Notes under the pieces: model-generated
What the model was told of the DNA's origin: nothing
The model's database searches: none
Seen by the model: only the letters and a program-made list of their open reading frames with translations
Translations under genes and position numbers: made by a program
Shown here: positions 15,426 to 30,714 of the stretch, piece after piece
Numbering within the stretch: position 1 is the stretch's first letter
Layout of the letters: the number at the start of each line of letters is the position of its first letter
NCBI GenBank assembly: GCA_009914755.4
Contig: CP068257.2
Location: 30,272,001-30,336,000 of the forward strand
Length of the DNA: 64,000 nt
Direction: 5' to 3'
Origin: the human T2T-CHM13v2.0 reference genome, Homo sapiens

Positions 15426-16099
15426 GGGTTTCCAGGGGGTATTTCCCCAGCACCATAGATCACCTCATTGCCTTGTCCTTTCACCTTCAGGAAAGGGAGG
15501 AGGATGGGCTAGAGAAAGAGCAAGAAGTGAGAGAGTGGGGAGAAATGCTTGGAAATACTGCATTTGCACAGAAGTTGGAAGGTACAGGAAGAACTGCCTA
15601 AAGAAAAGCCTAGCATGCACCCTTAAGCCTGGCATGTGGGAACCAACACCAATTGTTAGGATGACTGTAATCGTACGGCTGTGATAATGAGGTCTAGATT
15701 CATGGAAAGAGCCACCTGGGCTGTCCTTTCTGTTCAGAGTGGTCTGCAGTGTAGACACTTGCTAACCAATTGTGGAGCTTCATAGGGTCCTATTTTGACA
15801 TAGCTCATGGAGGTGCAAAACCCTGATATGGGCTGGTTCAGCCCTGGGAGTGGAGCCTGAGAGGGAGTTCGTGAAGACTCTGCTCTCCGTGGGTCTCATG
15901 GACGTGCGGGAGCAGAGGGGACGGTGGAGTCAACGAGGAATTGTCAGAGGCTCCTGAGACTACGCTGAAGGGCTAGAGTGAGGAGGAGAGAGAGGCTGCC
16001 GGTGAAAGGTGGCGTCATTCCCCACTGCCAAGGAGGGTCTCTCCATGCCTGGAAATGCGTCCCAAAGGGCATCAGATAGATTCCTTATATTTTCAGGGA

Positions 16100-16512
16100 A
16101 GCTATTTGTTCCTTGTGGCTGCTATAACAAATTACCACTCTGGTGGCTTAAAGTAACAAATTGATTCTCTCACAGTTCTGGAGGCCAGAAGTCTTAAAAA
16201 GTATTGGCAGGGCCACGCTCCCTCCAGAGACTCTAGGGGAGGATCCTTCCCTGCCTCTTCTGGCTTCCAGTGGCAGCCAACATTCCTTGGCTTGTCGCCC
16301 CTCACCCCAATGTCTGCCTCCTTCCTCCTGTGGCTGCCCCCTCTGCTTATTTGTGTGAAAACTCCTTCTTTCTCTATTTTATAAGGACACTTATGAGGAC
16401 ATTTAGGGCCTACCCAGGTAATCTAGGCTAATCTCATCTCAGAATTCTTCACTTAATAACTTCTGCAAAGACCCTTTTTCCAAATAAAGTCACATGATCC
16501 AGAGATTAGGCC
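16100..16512 (+). mobile_element. MaLR LTR, MLT1-type
   Basis: GCTGCTATAACAAATTACCACTCTGGTGGCTTAAAGTAACAAATTGATTCTCTCACAGTTCTGGAGGCCAGAAGTC ... CTGCAAAGACCCTTTTTCCAAATAAAGTCACAT. Confidence 0.75.
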
Positions 16513-17032
16513 ATTATTCAACCTGGTACAGGCAATTGAAGAACTCAATAAGGTATCTTAACTATAATTGTATACTCTGTTAAAAAGGCAGATTGTATTA
16601 CTGCTGGGCCTTTAGACTTGTTTGTTTACAGTACTTGTAAGAATTTCATTGCCAGAGGGTGTAATTTTTTAGATACTGCCACACGGAGTGGAGCAAAGAC
16701 AATGCCTAATTGTACTTTTCAGCATTCTTTTTTCTCCACCTCCCCAAGAGGATGGATATGAAATATGTGTGTGTCTATGTGTTTTTGGAGGGTAACAGTT
16801 AACAAAGCTGTTAGTTTAGCATCCCTTGAACTACTTGGGGCCAGACACAGCCAGAGTGTAACTTTACCTCCTGGGGGCTGAGAGCATCAGCCCGAGCTGA
16901 CTTGAGGTAGTGCAGGCCCCATGCTGTGAGGTGTGGATGGCAGGGGCTCTTCTAGCCTGTCTGGTCCCCTTGGGGGCTGATTGACTCTTTGTTACTCCCA
17001 TCTTTGGATTAAGGGCCTGAACCTCCCTATTA

Positions 17033-17393
<361 letters not shown>

Positions 17394-18139
17394 TTATGCT
17401 GTTTATAGCCATCTTTGCTTTGGTGATTCCATTGGTTAGTCACTATTAGTCACTTGCTGTTTATGAAGCGCTGTGTGTCGTGAAGGGGGAGTGGTCCCTG
17501 CATTAAGCCATGACTTACATCTTACTGCAGATGCTGTTGTATAGGGACGTAGGGAAGGAAGGTGCGGGGGAGTCTCTCTGGTAGGGAGGTTAGCCTCTGA
17601 AGGACCTGGGGTTGGGGGCTTGAGTGGGGGAAGGGGGTGGCTGGAGTACCTGGAAAGTGATAGAATGCATGTCCCAGGGAGTGACAAGACATGCCAGGAG
17701 GGAGAGCTGGGAGGAGTTGGGACCGGGTGGTGGTGGGGCTGATGGAGAAGATGCTTGGGTGCTCCCATAGGCAGCAGTGAGACCTCAAGAGCTTCTGCAA
17801 GAAATCAGAGTTCTAGACCCACTGATTTGGAGGCAGAGTGTAGAATGAATTCAAGAGGCCAGGAGGAGCCTCAAGAAGAGGTGACATCCATGCCTTAGTT
17901 CACCCTGGGGGTGGCCAGACTTTTATTGATTCGTTCACTATTTTGTTTAATTTAAAGTTTGCCTTTAGTTTGGACTTTTTCCCTTTTTTGTTTTCTTTTT
18001 GTTTTTTAAGGTTTTCTTCAGCTTTATTGAGGTTTAACTGACAGATAACCGCGTGTGCTTATAGTATGCAGGTTATGATAAGTGAGCATGTTGTGAAATG
18101 GTTACCATGGTCAAGCTCATGGACATGTCCATTACCTGA

Positions 18140-18803
<664 letters not shown>

Positions 18804-19337
18804 TCTTAGCAGTTTTCAAGTGTGCAATACATTATTGTTAAGCCTGGTCACCATGCTGTACATTGGATCTCAGACTTCTGTTTTTTTCTTTATCATGAAC
18901 TATGTCCACAAAATAATATTTGAGCCCCTCACTGAAAACATGTATTCATCTGTATTTATTTACTTATTATTTATTTCTGTACTTGTACCTCTGTGTATGG
19001 CATATTGCATATAATGCATATTGAGTGCGTTGTGAAACAGGTACAAAATGTAATTACAAAAAAGAGAAATAACAAGAAATGGAAGGTCCACTGACTTCAT
19101 CCTGCACCCGGAGGCTCCATAGCTGTGTATGAAGGTGTTCCTGGGATGCTCATGTCTCAGTTCATGACAGGGCATCTGGGCACTGGGGCAGTGGTTGGAA
19201 TGAACCAGGCGGGTGGTGTAGGGGAACAGAGAGGAAGGACAGGTGGCGAGACAGCTGGAAGAAGACATTGACATCATGTGTTGACGTCAGTGGCTGATCA
19301 CATTAGAGAGGGGAGTGAAGAAAAAAGAAGGAACAGG

Positions 19338-19612
19338 GCAGCCGGCGTGGTGACTCACACCTTTGACGCCGGTGCTTTGGGAGGCTGACAAGGAGAATCA
19401 CTGGAAGCCAGGAGTTCAAGACCAGCCTGGGCCACATGGGGAGATCGGTCTCTACAAAAAGAAAAAAATTAGCCAGCCGTGGTGGTGTGTGCTTATAGTC
19501 CCAGCTCCTGGGAGGCTGAGGTGGGAGGATCACTTAAGCCCAGGAGTTTGAGGCTTCAGTGAGCCATGATTGCACCATGTACTCCAGCCTGGGCAACAGA
19601 GAGACTCTGTCA
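19338..19612 (+). mobile_element. Alu SINE (old, diverged) whose tail runs into a GA-rich microsatellite
   Basis: GGCAGCCGGCGTGGTGACTCACACC ... GCCTGGGCAACAGAGAGACTCTGTC. Confidence 0.85.
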
Positions 19613-19792
19613 AGAAGGAAAGAAAGAGAAAAAGAGAGAGATAGAAGAAGAAAGAAAGGAAGGAAGGAAAGAGGAAGGGGAGGGAGAGAGGGAAGGAGGG
19701 AGGAAGGGAGGGAGGAAGGAAGGAAGGAAAGAAGGAAGGAAGGAAGGAAGCGAGGGAGGGAGGGAGGGAGGGAGGGAAGGGAAGGAAAAGGG
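19612..19792. repeat. Polypurine (GGAA)n/(GGGA)n/(GAAA)n simple repeat, ~180 bp
   Basis: AAGGAAGGAAGGAAAGAGGAAGG...GAGGGAGGGAGGGAGGGAGGGAGGGAAGGGAAGG. Produces the E/G/R/K-rich ORFs on + and the S/L/P/F-rich ORFs on -. Confidence 0.95.
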
Positions 19793-20439
19793 TGAATACA
19801 ATGGAGAGGTGACTTCCCCTAAAGGAAAGAGGACTGGGGACAGATGCGGATTTGGGTGGAATAGACAATCTTCCCTTCCCTCTGTTCCTCCATCCTTCCT
19901 TCTGTTCTTCCCTCCCTCCCACCGTACCTCTTATGACAAGTTGATTGTAGGGGCAATGGCCCAGGAGGAGCTTCCTGGGGGTAGTAGAAATGTGATCCTG
20001 AGTAACAACAAAGGTTGGGTCCTGACAGTGGGGGCCAAGTTTCCCTAGGAGGCAATTCATCAAGGGAAGGAGGTAGACCCTGAGGCTTGAGGGTGTGCAC
20101 AGGGCAGGGCGGAGTGGGGGCGGGCAAGGCTAGGGGTGCTGCATCTTTGGGCAGTGTCCCCCAACCATGCCTTGGAACTAAGATTGGGGGAAGATTTAGC
20201 TGTTTCTGAAGTGGCTGGGGGTCCTCAGACCTGGAGGGAGATGATGGTGAGTCCTGAGGGGGACTGGGACAAGCCCTTTGCTGGAAGAGAAATTGTTATT
20301 TCATCTTCCCATCCTGTAGAAAAATAAATTTGACATTAATCCTGCACTGTGCCTTCCAGACAGCCATTCAGGTTTTCTTAGGTAAATTCCATTGTCTTCC
20401 TTAATAATTGGACCTTTTGATTTTTCCTAATGTTGTACC

Positions 20440-20443
<4 letters not shown>

Positions 20444-20475
<32 letters not shown>
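20444..20475. repeat. (TG)16 microsatellite, 175 nt upstream of the exon-2 acceptor
   Basis: Perfect TGTGTG... run. Confidence 0.95.
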
Positions 20476-20476
<1 letters not shown>

Positions 20477-20650
20477 TATATGCATAAATATAAATGTGTA
20501 TATATATATTTTCTGTTGATGCTGTTTTAGGTAAGGTGTTTCTCCTCTGCAGAGACATAGCTAGCATTTTTCTTGGGTTCCTGTGAGTAGCCAAGGCATC
20601 GCTATTGTCTGTAATGTCTGATAACAGGCATGTTCTTGTTTTCTCCTTAG

Positions 20651-20943
20651 GTGGCCATAAAAGTCATTGATAAGAAGAGAGCCAAAAAGGACACCTATGT
20701 CACCAAAAACCTGCGGCGAGAGGGTCAGATCCAGCAGATGATCCGCCACCCCAATATCACTCAGCTCCTTGATATTTTAGAAACGGAAAACAGCTACTAC
20801 CTGGTCATGGAGCTGTGCCCTGGGGGCAACCTGATGCACAAGATCTATGAGAAGAAGCGGCTGGAGGAGTCCGAAGCCCGCAGATACATCCGACAGCTCA
20901 TCTCTGCCGTAGAGCACCTGCACCGGGCCGGGGTGGTCCACAG
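20651..20943 (+). CDS. HUNK: Coding exon (293 nt) of an AMPK-related Ser/Thr kinase, kinase subdomains II-VIb, peptide VAIKVIDKK...HRAGVVH(R); matches HUNK
   Basis: ORF-track peptide VAIKVIDKKRAKKDTYVTKNLRREGQIQQMIRHPNITQLLDILETENSYYLVMELCPGGNLMHKIYEKKRLEESEARRYIRQLISAVEHLHRAGVVHR. Pyrimidine tract plus AG acceptor at 20649-20650. Donor CAG|GTAAGG at 20944. Exon ends in phase 2 (AG) and joins A of the next exon to give the Arg of the HRD motif. Confidence 0.9.
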
Positions 20944-21034
20944 GTAAGGGCCAGGCCACGCTGGTGATCGCTGACTGTGTGCTCCGTGGGTGGCACTGGG
21001 CTGTGGCACCCTCTGAGCCTCTGAGAAAGGCTGA

Positions 21035-21334
<300 letters not shown>

Positions 21335-21377
21335 TGAATTGGGTTAATGCCAGTGTGAGGGTTAAAAGAGTAGAATC

Positions 21378-21603
21378 TGAAGCCAGAGTGACTGGGCTTG
21401 CAACCTGGCTCTGCCCTGTAACAGTTATGTGACCCTGGGCAAGTTACTTAACCTCTCTGAGCCTTGGTCTCTTAATCTGTAAAATGGGAATAATAATAAC
21501 ACTTCTCTCTCAGTTGGAGTAAAGGTCAATGAGTTAATATATGGGAAGAGCTTGGGACAGTGTTTGTTACCTAGTAGGTATCAGGTAAGTGTTAGCTGCT
21601 TTT
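21378..21603 (+). mobile_element. MIR SINE fragment
   Basis: TGTGACCCTGGGCAAGTTACTTAACCTCTCTGAGCCT...ATCTGTAAAATGGGAATAATAATA is the MIR core. Confidence 0.7.
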
Positions 21604-22075
21604 CTTCTTGTTTGCATAGTCATGAGACCAGTTGTTTAGGTGCCTGAAAGAGCCAGTGTTAAAATGGCATGAGATTAGTGCTAGGGATGATGGTGCTTTC
21701 ATTGTCTTTGCTTTACACATAGTAGACACTCAATAGCAGTTTTATTCAATGAAATTGAATCACCATTCGAATTTTGAACTTGCCCTTGAAATCAAGGAGT
21801 GTTTTCCACAAACCAAACCAGTCTTGCAAATAGTTAGGAAAATCAAGCTTGTTTTTAATATCCTGTTGTTTCCTAGGAAGGGGCTCTACAAAGAAAGTGA
21901 ATGGAAACAGCGTTCTTGGCAATGTTGCCATTGGTAGTGGGTGCCTGCTTTTAGTACTGTATGAAAATAAAATCAAACAAATTTAAAGAAATAAAAGCTC
22001 CCTCTTTTCCTCCAAGGGAGTGTTGGCTTCACCAATAAATGCATGGTTCTTCCTTTGTGGAATTATGATCAATAA

Positions 22076-22399
<324 letters not shown>

Positions 22400-22565
22400 A
22401 TAGAAATCATTTTTAATTGGTGCTTATTTTAAAAAGCAAGATTGAGGCATGACATATTTATGTGTGTGTATATATATAAACATGCACACACGTGTGCACA
22501 TGTATGTTAAAATATTTTTAAATTAATAAATTTATATACTATAAAAGTCACCATTTAAAAGTGTA

Positions 22566-23060
22566 TAATCTAGTGTTTTTTAGTGTATTCACAGAGTTGT
22601 GCAACCATCACCACCTTCTAATTTTAGAATATTTTTATTACCCCCCGGCAAAAGAAACCCTGTACCCATTACCAGTCACTCCCCATTTCCCTCTTCCCCC
22701 AGCCCTGGCAACTACTAATTTACTTTCCGTGTCTATGGATTTGCCTATTCTGGCCATTTCATATAAATGGAATTATATAATACCCGGTCTTTTGTGATTG
22801 CTTTCTGTCATGTAGCATTATGTTTTTCAGGTTTGTCTAAGTTATAGCATGTGTCAGTGTCTCCTTCCTTTTTATGACTGCATAATACTCCATGTATGGA
22901 TATACCACAATTGGCTGATCCATTTGAGTTGTTCCCACACTTTGGCTAGTAATACTGCTATGAGCGCTGTTTTCACTTCTCAGAAAACTCCACTCTTAGG
23001 AGTGGAATTGCTGGGTCATATGTCAGCTTTCTTTATCCTTTTGAGGAAATATATATTTTA
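22566..23060 (+). mobile_element. L1 (LINE-1) 3'-end fragment, older L1M/L1P type
   Basis: CAACCATCACCACCTTCTAATTTTAGAATATTTTTATTACCCC...CCCTGGCAACTACTAATTTACTTTCCGTGTCTATGGATTTGCCTATTCTGGCCATTTCATATAAATGGAAT...ATGACTGCATAATACTCCATGTATGGATATACCACA. Confidence 0.8.
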
Positions 23061-23125
23061 AAAAAATTCAACATTTAATGATAAATCTAATTTTAATTTT
23101 AATAATGATAATCTAGCTCTATTTG

Positions 23126-23526
<401 letters not shown>

Positions 23527-23546
23527 ATGAAAGCCATTTATTTTCA

Positions 23547-23857
<311 letters not shown>

Positions 23858-25218
23858 TCAGTGATGAAAGCAGCTCCAGGCCTTTACTTAATAGAACTTA
23901 GACTTCCAAGGTGGAGAGAGCTGCCTCCTTACTAACGGGATTGGTGCCGTGGGATGCTCTGCCCTCTCATGTCTAAACCCAGGGGAGGACCATTGTCCAG
24001 GCCTTTTCTAGAGCCAGCCTTGGGTAGGCACCATTCAGGCCAATCATTTCCGCCTCACCAAGGCGAGAGCACCTCTTCACATACGTATTCTTAGTCATGC
24101 ATGTTGTCATGAGATCACCCTTCATTAGAACTCTTTGGGCTTAGATTAGCAAGGAAGAGAACATTCAGAAATGGTAAGTGAATCACGCTATTTTTGGCTC
24201 TTCCCAACAATACCCTTGGGTAGCCTGAGGTGTCATAACGCTGCTGTTATTAGGAAAATGATAGTCGTAAGTGTGCCTGGCTCTGTCTTTGTTTATTAAG
24301 ATGACAAAGGCAGAAACCTCACAAGTGAATCAGCTTGGATCACCGACTCCGCAGGTCACAGTGGAAAATAGAACCAGGGACTGGGAGCGGCAGATCTTTC
24401 TGTAGTACTCAGGGTGTTTTTTCCAAGGGTTTTGTGCTGTCAAAAAGAGGATGAGCACCGAGCTTCTCAGGATCGCGAGAACAACAAAGAAAACCAAGTG
24501 GAAGCTGTGCCTTGTGCACTGGCCTCTCCTGCAGGAAATTCTCAACAGCCCTTTTAAAGTAATTTTAACAAAATCCAATCCCTCTCAGCGCAATTACTGT
24601 CAGAATGTCAAAGCAATGAATTTAATAATGTTTTGATAGCAAAGACGGTATACTTTTTCTTTCTCTGATCTCCAGCTTTTTCTACTTTTGCCTCTCTCTC
24701 CTCAGGAATATATTTATAATCCAATAATGGCAAGGGCTCAGATCTTTTAAAGTTAGAGAAGACTGGAGATACAGGGACGATTTAGGAAGATTTTTTTCAC
24801 TTTTCCCTCTAAAAATCATGTTAATGTGTGTCACCGCACACGGACATAGGTGATTAGGTGGTTGAGACCTCACATTAAAATGCTTGTTTAGAATATATTC
24901 ATAGTGGCTTTAACGGAATGTCTTGACTTTCAAAGACTCTATACCACTAATTTTGGGTGTTCGTATTTCAGCTGACCACTGGTATGTTCTTTGCTGGAGC
25001 GCTTTCTCATAAAGAATTTTCTCCTTTATGCTGCAAAGGTGGAATGAATTTCATAAATTATTTTGAGGTTAGATTTTTCAAATGAATAAGAGAGTATTGC
25101 ATTTCAGAGAGGCCCTGGAGTCCCTGGTGGGAAGATTTCTAAGTAAATACATTGGATGATGCAAAAGGATGCAGGATGATTTTTTGTGGCTATATGTGTA
25201 CAGTGATTTAAGGGGCTT

Positions 25219-25253
25219 TTGGTTGTGTGTGTGTGTGTGTTTGTGTGTGTGTT
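25219..25253. repeat. (GT)n microsatellite (interrupted)
   Basis: GTGTGTGTGTGTGTGTGTTTGTGTGTGTGT. Confidence 0.9.
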
Positions 25254-26439
25254 AGGGGATGCTTTAAAAATGCAGTTCCTGATTAGGCTGATATTATGTT
25301 ATTATGTCATAATCAACTTAATGCTAGCAGAGCCCTCATTTCCTGTGGCATTAAATCGAAATATTTATTTATCTTTCCAGAACTATTTAAACATCATTTA
25401 AAAGAAACAATAAATATGACAAGTAGGTTTTGTTTTTTTTTTTTAATACAAAGGAAACTTAGCATGTATAAAGCAGATTCACTTTGCTGGCAGAGAGCTT
25501 CCTATTAGATTGGACTTGCCACAGCCTCTGTGTCTAGGGCTGTTGTTCATTTTTACAAAGGTAGAGTGTGTTCTAACTTCTTTATTATTCTATTTTAGAA
25601 TTGTCTAAGCTTCTCTAAAATATAACGAGTTGTTTTTCCTTCCCCTAAACGTGCTTACTGAGCAGGATGCCAAAATCTGATGATTTGCCTATTGTATATA
25701 GAGCATCAACTCTTAACGTGAATCACCAAGAACGCCGATTCTGCTGAGAGGCTAATTTGAGATTCATGTGTTCATTCAAAATAACAAAGTCCAATCAAAC
25801 TATACAGATAAAACACAACTGGGTAATACAATACCACCATCCCTAAGCAGGAAGAGAAAAGCCACGGGGCTGCAGGACCAGGAGAAAGAGACACATGATC
25901 AAAGGGAGCCCGAGCCTGAGCTCGGATGTGTGTCAACACCGTGGCTCCCAGGGCCATGACCTTATCCATTCATCAATATGGAGAAAAGGGCTCTCTGCGC
26001 TTAAGAGGAAGGCAGTGGAAGAGAGGAGGCCCTTCTTTGTTCTTTTGGGCCTGACAAGAAGCAGGCACAACCTGTGCTGGTTAGGGGGTTAAGAAGTTCT
26101 GTTAACTTTCAGGTTTTCTTGGATTTCTGCTCACATCCAGGAGCTGGGTGGAATCCCAGGGCCTTCTGCTGAGAGCAAGCACATATCTGGAGGCATCAGT
26201 TACAGCAAAAGATTTGTGTTTAATTGGGTTTAAAAAAATAGCATTGGAAATGTGAGCTCTTGCAAAGCTCCAGCCCAACAGCTTCATGGATTGGGATGTA
26301 CAGTGGTCCGCAGTGCTGATGCGAAAGCCTGACCCCCTTGTCCATATGCTGGTTTGACCACTCGAAAGTGGCGCTGGGCAAATCGCTCAGGCTTTTGTGC
26401 CTCTCCTTCCACAGCTACACAACAGGGAAAGCGGATTAT

Positions 26440-26530
26440 CCACTTCACATGGCTGTTGTGAGGATTAAATAAGTCAATCTGCATAAAGCACTAAAAACTG
26501 AGACTCTGTGTAAGGACTGAGTCCATGTTC
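26440..26530 (+). mobile_element. MIR SINE fragment (core region)
   Basis: GGCTGTTGTGAGGATTAAATAAGTCAATCTGCATAAAGCACTAAAAACTG resembles the MIR core GGTTGTTGTGAGGATTAAATGAG...AAAGCGCTTAGCACAGTG. Confidence 0.45.
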
Positions 26531-28084
26531 TCTGTAATTACTGCTCAGTCCAGCCCATTCATTTTATCCACGGGAAGCTGAGACCCACAGTTCTCCGTGC
26601 TGAGGGTCCCACAGCTGTTCTCTGCTTGCACTGCCCTTGTTGGCTTTGGCTGAATTCTACTCATCCTTCAGGTCCCAGCTCCAGGCTCACCTTCTCTGGG
26701 AAGCCCTCCAGGCTTGGCCCCCTGGCCATAGACTCTCAGCACCCTCTACTTTTCTTTCTGAGCACGTATCCCATGGTTACTTTTCTCTATCTGCCTTCTG
26801 CACAGGCCATAGCTTAGCCCAGTGCTCAGCCCAGTGGGCACACAGTAAGACTTTGTTGAATGAAGGAAGGAAAATTGAATGAATACAGCTAGTGTCAGAG
26901 TTTGCACTGGGATGGAAGCTTTCTGGTAGCCAGTCCTATGTTCTGGAATAGTCCATATTCTCCCTGGAATTTCAAAGGAGTTTCTTCATTGACTTAGTGT
27001 CAATGTGTTTATTTTTTAGGTCACAATTTGTAGAGTGGCATCTTTCTAGTGAATGGGTCTTTCAGTTTTATAAACAGAATTTGTTTCTGGAACATTACGG
27101 GAACTCAATAAAGGTTTCATTTTGAATAAATAAATCAGGTTCATGGATGACACATTATTCTTGTATTTTACCAAAATACCCATATTGTAAATAAATCAAT
27201 AATTTGCACATCATTTGCTTTTAATACAGTGCTTTTGAAGATAAGACCTAACCAAAAAAAAAAAAAAAAAAAAAAAATCATGTTCCCTGCAAAATGCCTG
27301 TTGCCTTGGGGAGTTATGTGCTTGGGGAGTTTGGGATGCTTTATTCTTAGTTTATTATTAAAATCCATCTTGTGACCATCCCTGTAGGCAAAACTTTTTC
27401 CATCCAACTTAATCCTGTCTGAGTTGGGTCTATCCTTCCCTGGGCCCCTTCTCTCTTACCTTTCATTGGGCTGGGGGGCATGCCCCCCAATACTCTTTGC
27501 TTATGGCCAAATTAATCACCTCTTTTAAGTATTTTCTGGAGTCTTTCCTCTTCACCTTGTCTTAGAATCTTTCACTTTATTATCCTCACCTCCAGCCTCT
27601 CACCTCGTAAATGGAGTGGCCCGCAAAGCCCTCGGGAATCCACTGTGGCATCTCCCTCTGCCAGTGGCCCTGCTGGGTAACCCTTCTCATGATGGTCGGG
27701 TTCCAGGGGAGAATCAGAAGCTCCGAGAGTTTAAATGACTTGCCCGGGCCGGGTTGGCGGGTCCATTAGAGAGAGCCAGACCCCAGCACCTGTCCTTACT
27801 CCCTTCCCCAGGCCCCCTTGCTTGGCTGCCTGTCTTTGCTCAGCCTCCTCACTCGGGGTGTTCACTGGTTCTGCCACGTCTCACGCTCTCCTCCCCTTCC
27901 CTCCTCTCCTGATGCCTCGGTGTTACACCATTCAGTTCTTTGGACTCAACCCTGAGCGGCTCCCCCAGGCTCTTTCCTGAGTTCCTGCCCCTCAGCCTAG
28001 ACCTCCTGGGCTGGGCATGGTCTGTGGAGGCCCAGGGGAGAGACTGCCTTCTCCCATCTGCCTTCTCCCATCCCACAACCCTGG

Positions 28085-28385
28085 ATGCATGTGATGCATG
28101 CACGCGCGCACACACACACACGCGCGCCCACCGCCATATACACAGGGTGCACGCTGACACAGAGCTCACACGTGTGTATGCAACACGTATGTGCAAACAT
28201 GTGTACATTCATACACCCATGGATGCGTGCACATGCATGCACACACCCACACGTACACTCATGCTCTCCCCCACGTGCATGCACATACGTGCACATAGTC
28301 ACATGAACATGTGCTCACACTTGCAATGTGCCCACACAAACTCATGTGTACTTACACACTCGGGCGTAAACACACACACACACTC
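28085..28385. repeat. Degenerate alternating purine/pyrimidine low-complexity region (CA/TG/CG-rich, ~300 bp)
   Basis: GCACGCGCGCACACACACACACGCGCGCC ... CACACGTGTGTATGC ... ACACACACACACTCC. Several CACGTG palindromes. Gives H/C/T/V-rich ORFs on both strands. Confidence 0.85.
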
Positions 28386-28917
28386 CTGATTTCCACTTCC
28401 CCAGCACTGCTCCTGTCTGCCTCTTTGCTCCACAGGGTTGGAGCAGCTGCCTTTCTGCCCCCAGGGGTGGGGGATCACCTGTATGTTTGTCATGGCAACA
28501 GGACCCTCCCTGACTCTCCTCCCTCGCACCCTCTGTCCTGAAGGGCAGTGACTCAGTTTATGGCGGCCAGTCTCAGAACTTTCCAACTGACCATCTTGAA
28601 AGAGATGCAAGGAGAGTCTGGGTGGGTGGCTGGAGGGGAGGGGAAGGGGTTGCTTGGTAGGCTGTGGGGGAACCTTGAATGGTTAGTCATGGCCTGTTTG
28701 CATGCTTGTGCTTTTGAAAGAACTTCAAACAAAGGGCTGTGATTAGGTGATACCTAGAGGGTGTGGAGGAGTCTTCTCCCCTTAGGTCCTTTCCGGATCT
28801 CTGTAAAAACACCCTGCACTTATCTCAACATCTGGTCTGTCTGCTGTGATGGGTCCCCTTTGAGCATTTCTTCCTGGAACTGCCTAATGAGCAGAGAAGG
28901 GTCCTGAAGCCTTCTGA

Positions 28918-29457
<540 letters not shown>

Positions 29458-29538
29458 TGAAGGCCCATTGGCCAAGAAAAAGCAACTTCCCATCTATCCC
29501 AGGGCCATTCTCTTCTCCTTCACATTTGTTCTCAGTTA

Positions 29539-30091
<553 letters not shown>

Positions 30092-30358
30092 TCAGATCAA
30101 GGACCATTCACGTGAAGTGGGCATTCTACTTCCCTCACCGCATCGTCATGTGCCGACCAGCCTGCCCTTCACCTTCCTTCCCTTAAAGCACGTCTCACAC
30201 TTAGCAGAGCTAAATGTTTTGCTCTTGGGATGGAGCTAGAGTAAACATCAGGCTTTTCACATGGACCACAAGGAGGTTTTCTGATAGAGCCAGTATTCTG
30301 GATAATATAGGCTTGCTCATAATTTTTTTAAAGGTCCATTATAATACACGAATACTGA

Positions 30359-30627
30359 GGCTGGGCGCGGTGGCTCACTCCTGTAATCCCAGCATTTTGG
30401 GAGGCTGAGGCGGGCGGATCACGAGGTCAGGAGATCGAGACCACGGTGAAATCCTGTCTCTACTAAAAATACAAAAAATTAGCCGGGTGCGGTGGCGGGC
30501 GCCTGTAGTCCCAGCTACTCAGGAGGCTGAGGCAGGAGAATGGCATGAACCCGGGAAGCGGAACTTGCAGTGAGCTGAGATCACGCCACTGCACTCTAGC
30601 CTGGGCAACAGAGTGAGACTCTGCCTC

Positions 30628-30654
<27 letters not shown>
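30359..30654 (+). mobile_element. AluY-like SINE with ~27-nt pure poly-A and a 16-bp TSD
   Basis: GGCTGGGCGCGGTGGCTCACTCCTG ... GCCTGGGCAACAGAGTGAGACTCTGCCTC A27. TSD AATACACGAA(T/C)ACTGA. Confidence 0.9.
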
Positions 30655-30658
<4 letters not shown>

Positions 30659-30714
30659 CGAACACTGAAACCTTATGAAGAAATTCACCCCTTTTAAAAC
30701 TTTCAACTTTTATT

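Noticed and set aside
15053-15484. 143-aa minus-strand ORF with repeated PLILIPLSPAPPPHTAQSSPSTSY
   Set aside because: Translation of the 28-bp minisatellite (84-bp higher-order unit = 28 codons). Artefact.
19530-20127. ORFs of 78-177 aa (EGRKEGRK... on +, SLPPSLP... on -)
   Set aside because: Translation of the GGAA/GGGA polypurine microsatellite and its pyrimidine complement. Low-complexity artefact.
20777-20959. 60-aa minus-strand ORF overlapping exon 2
   Set aside because: Antisense of a genuine coding exon. It exists only because the sense strand is stop-poor. No independent support.
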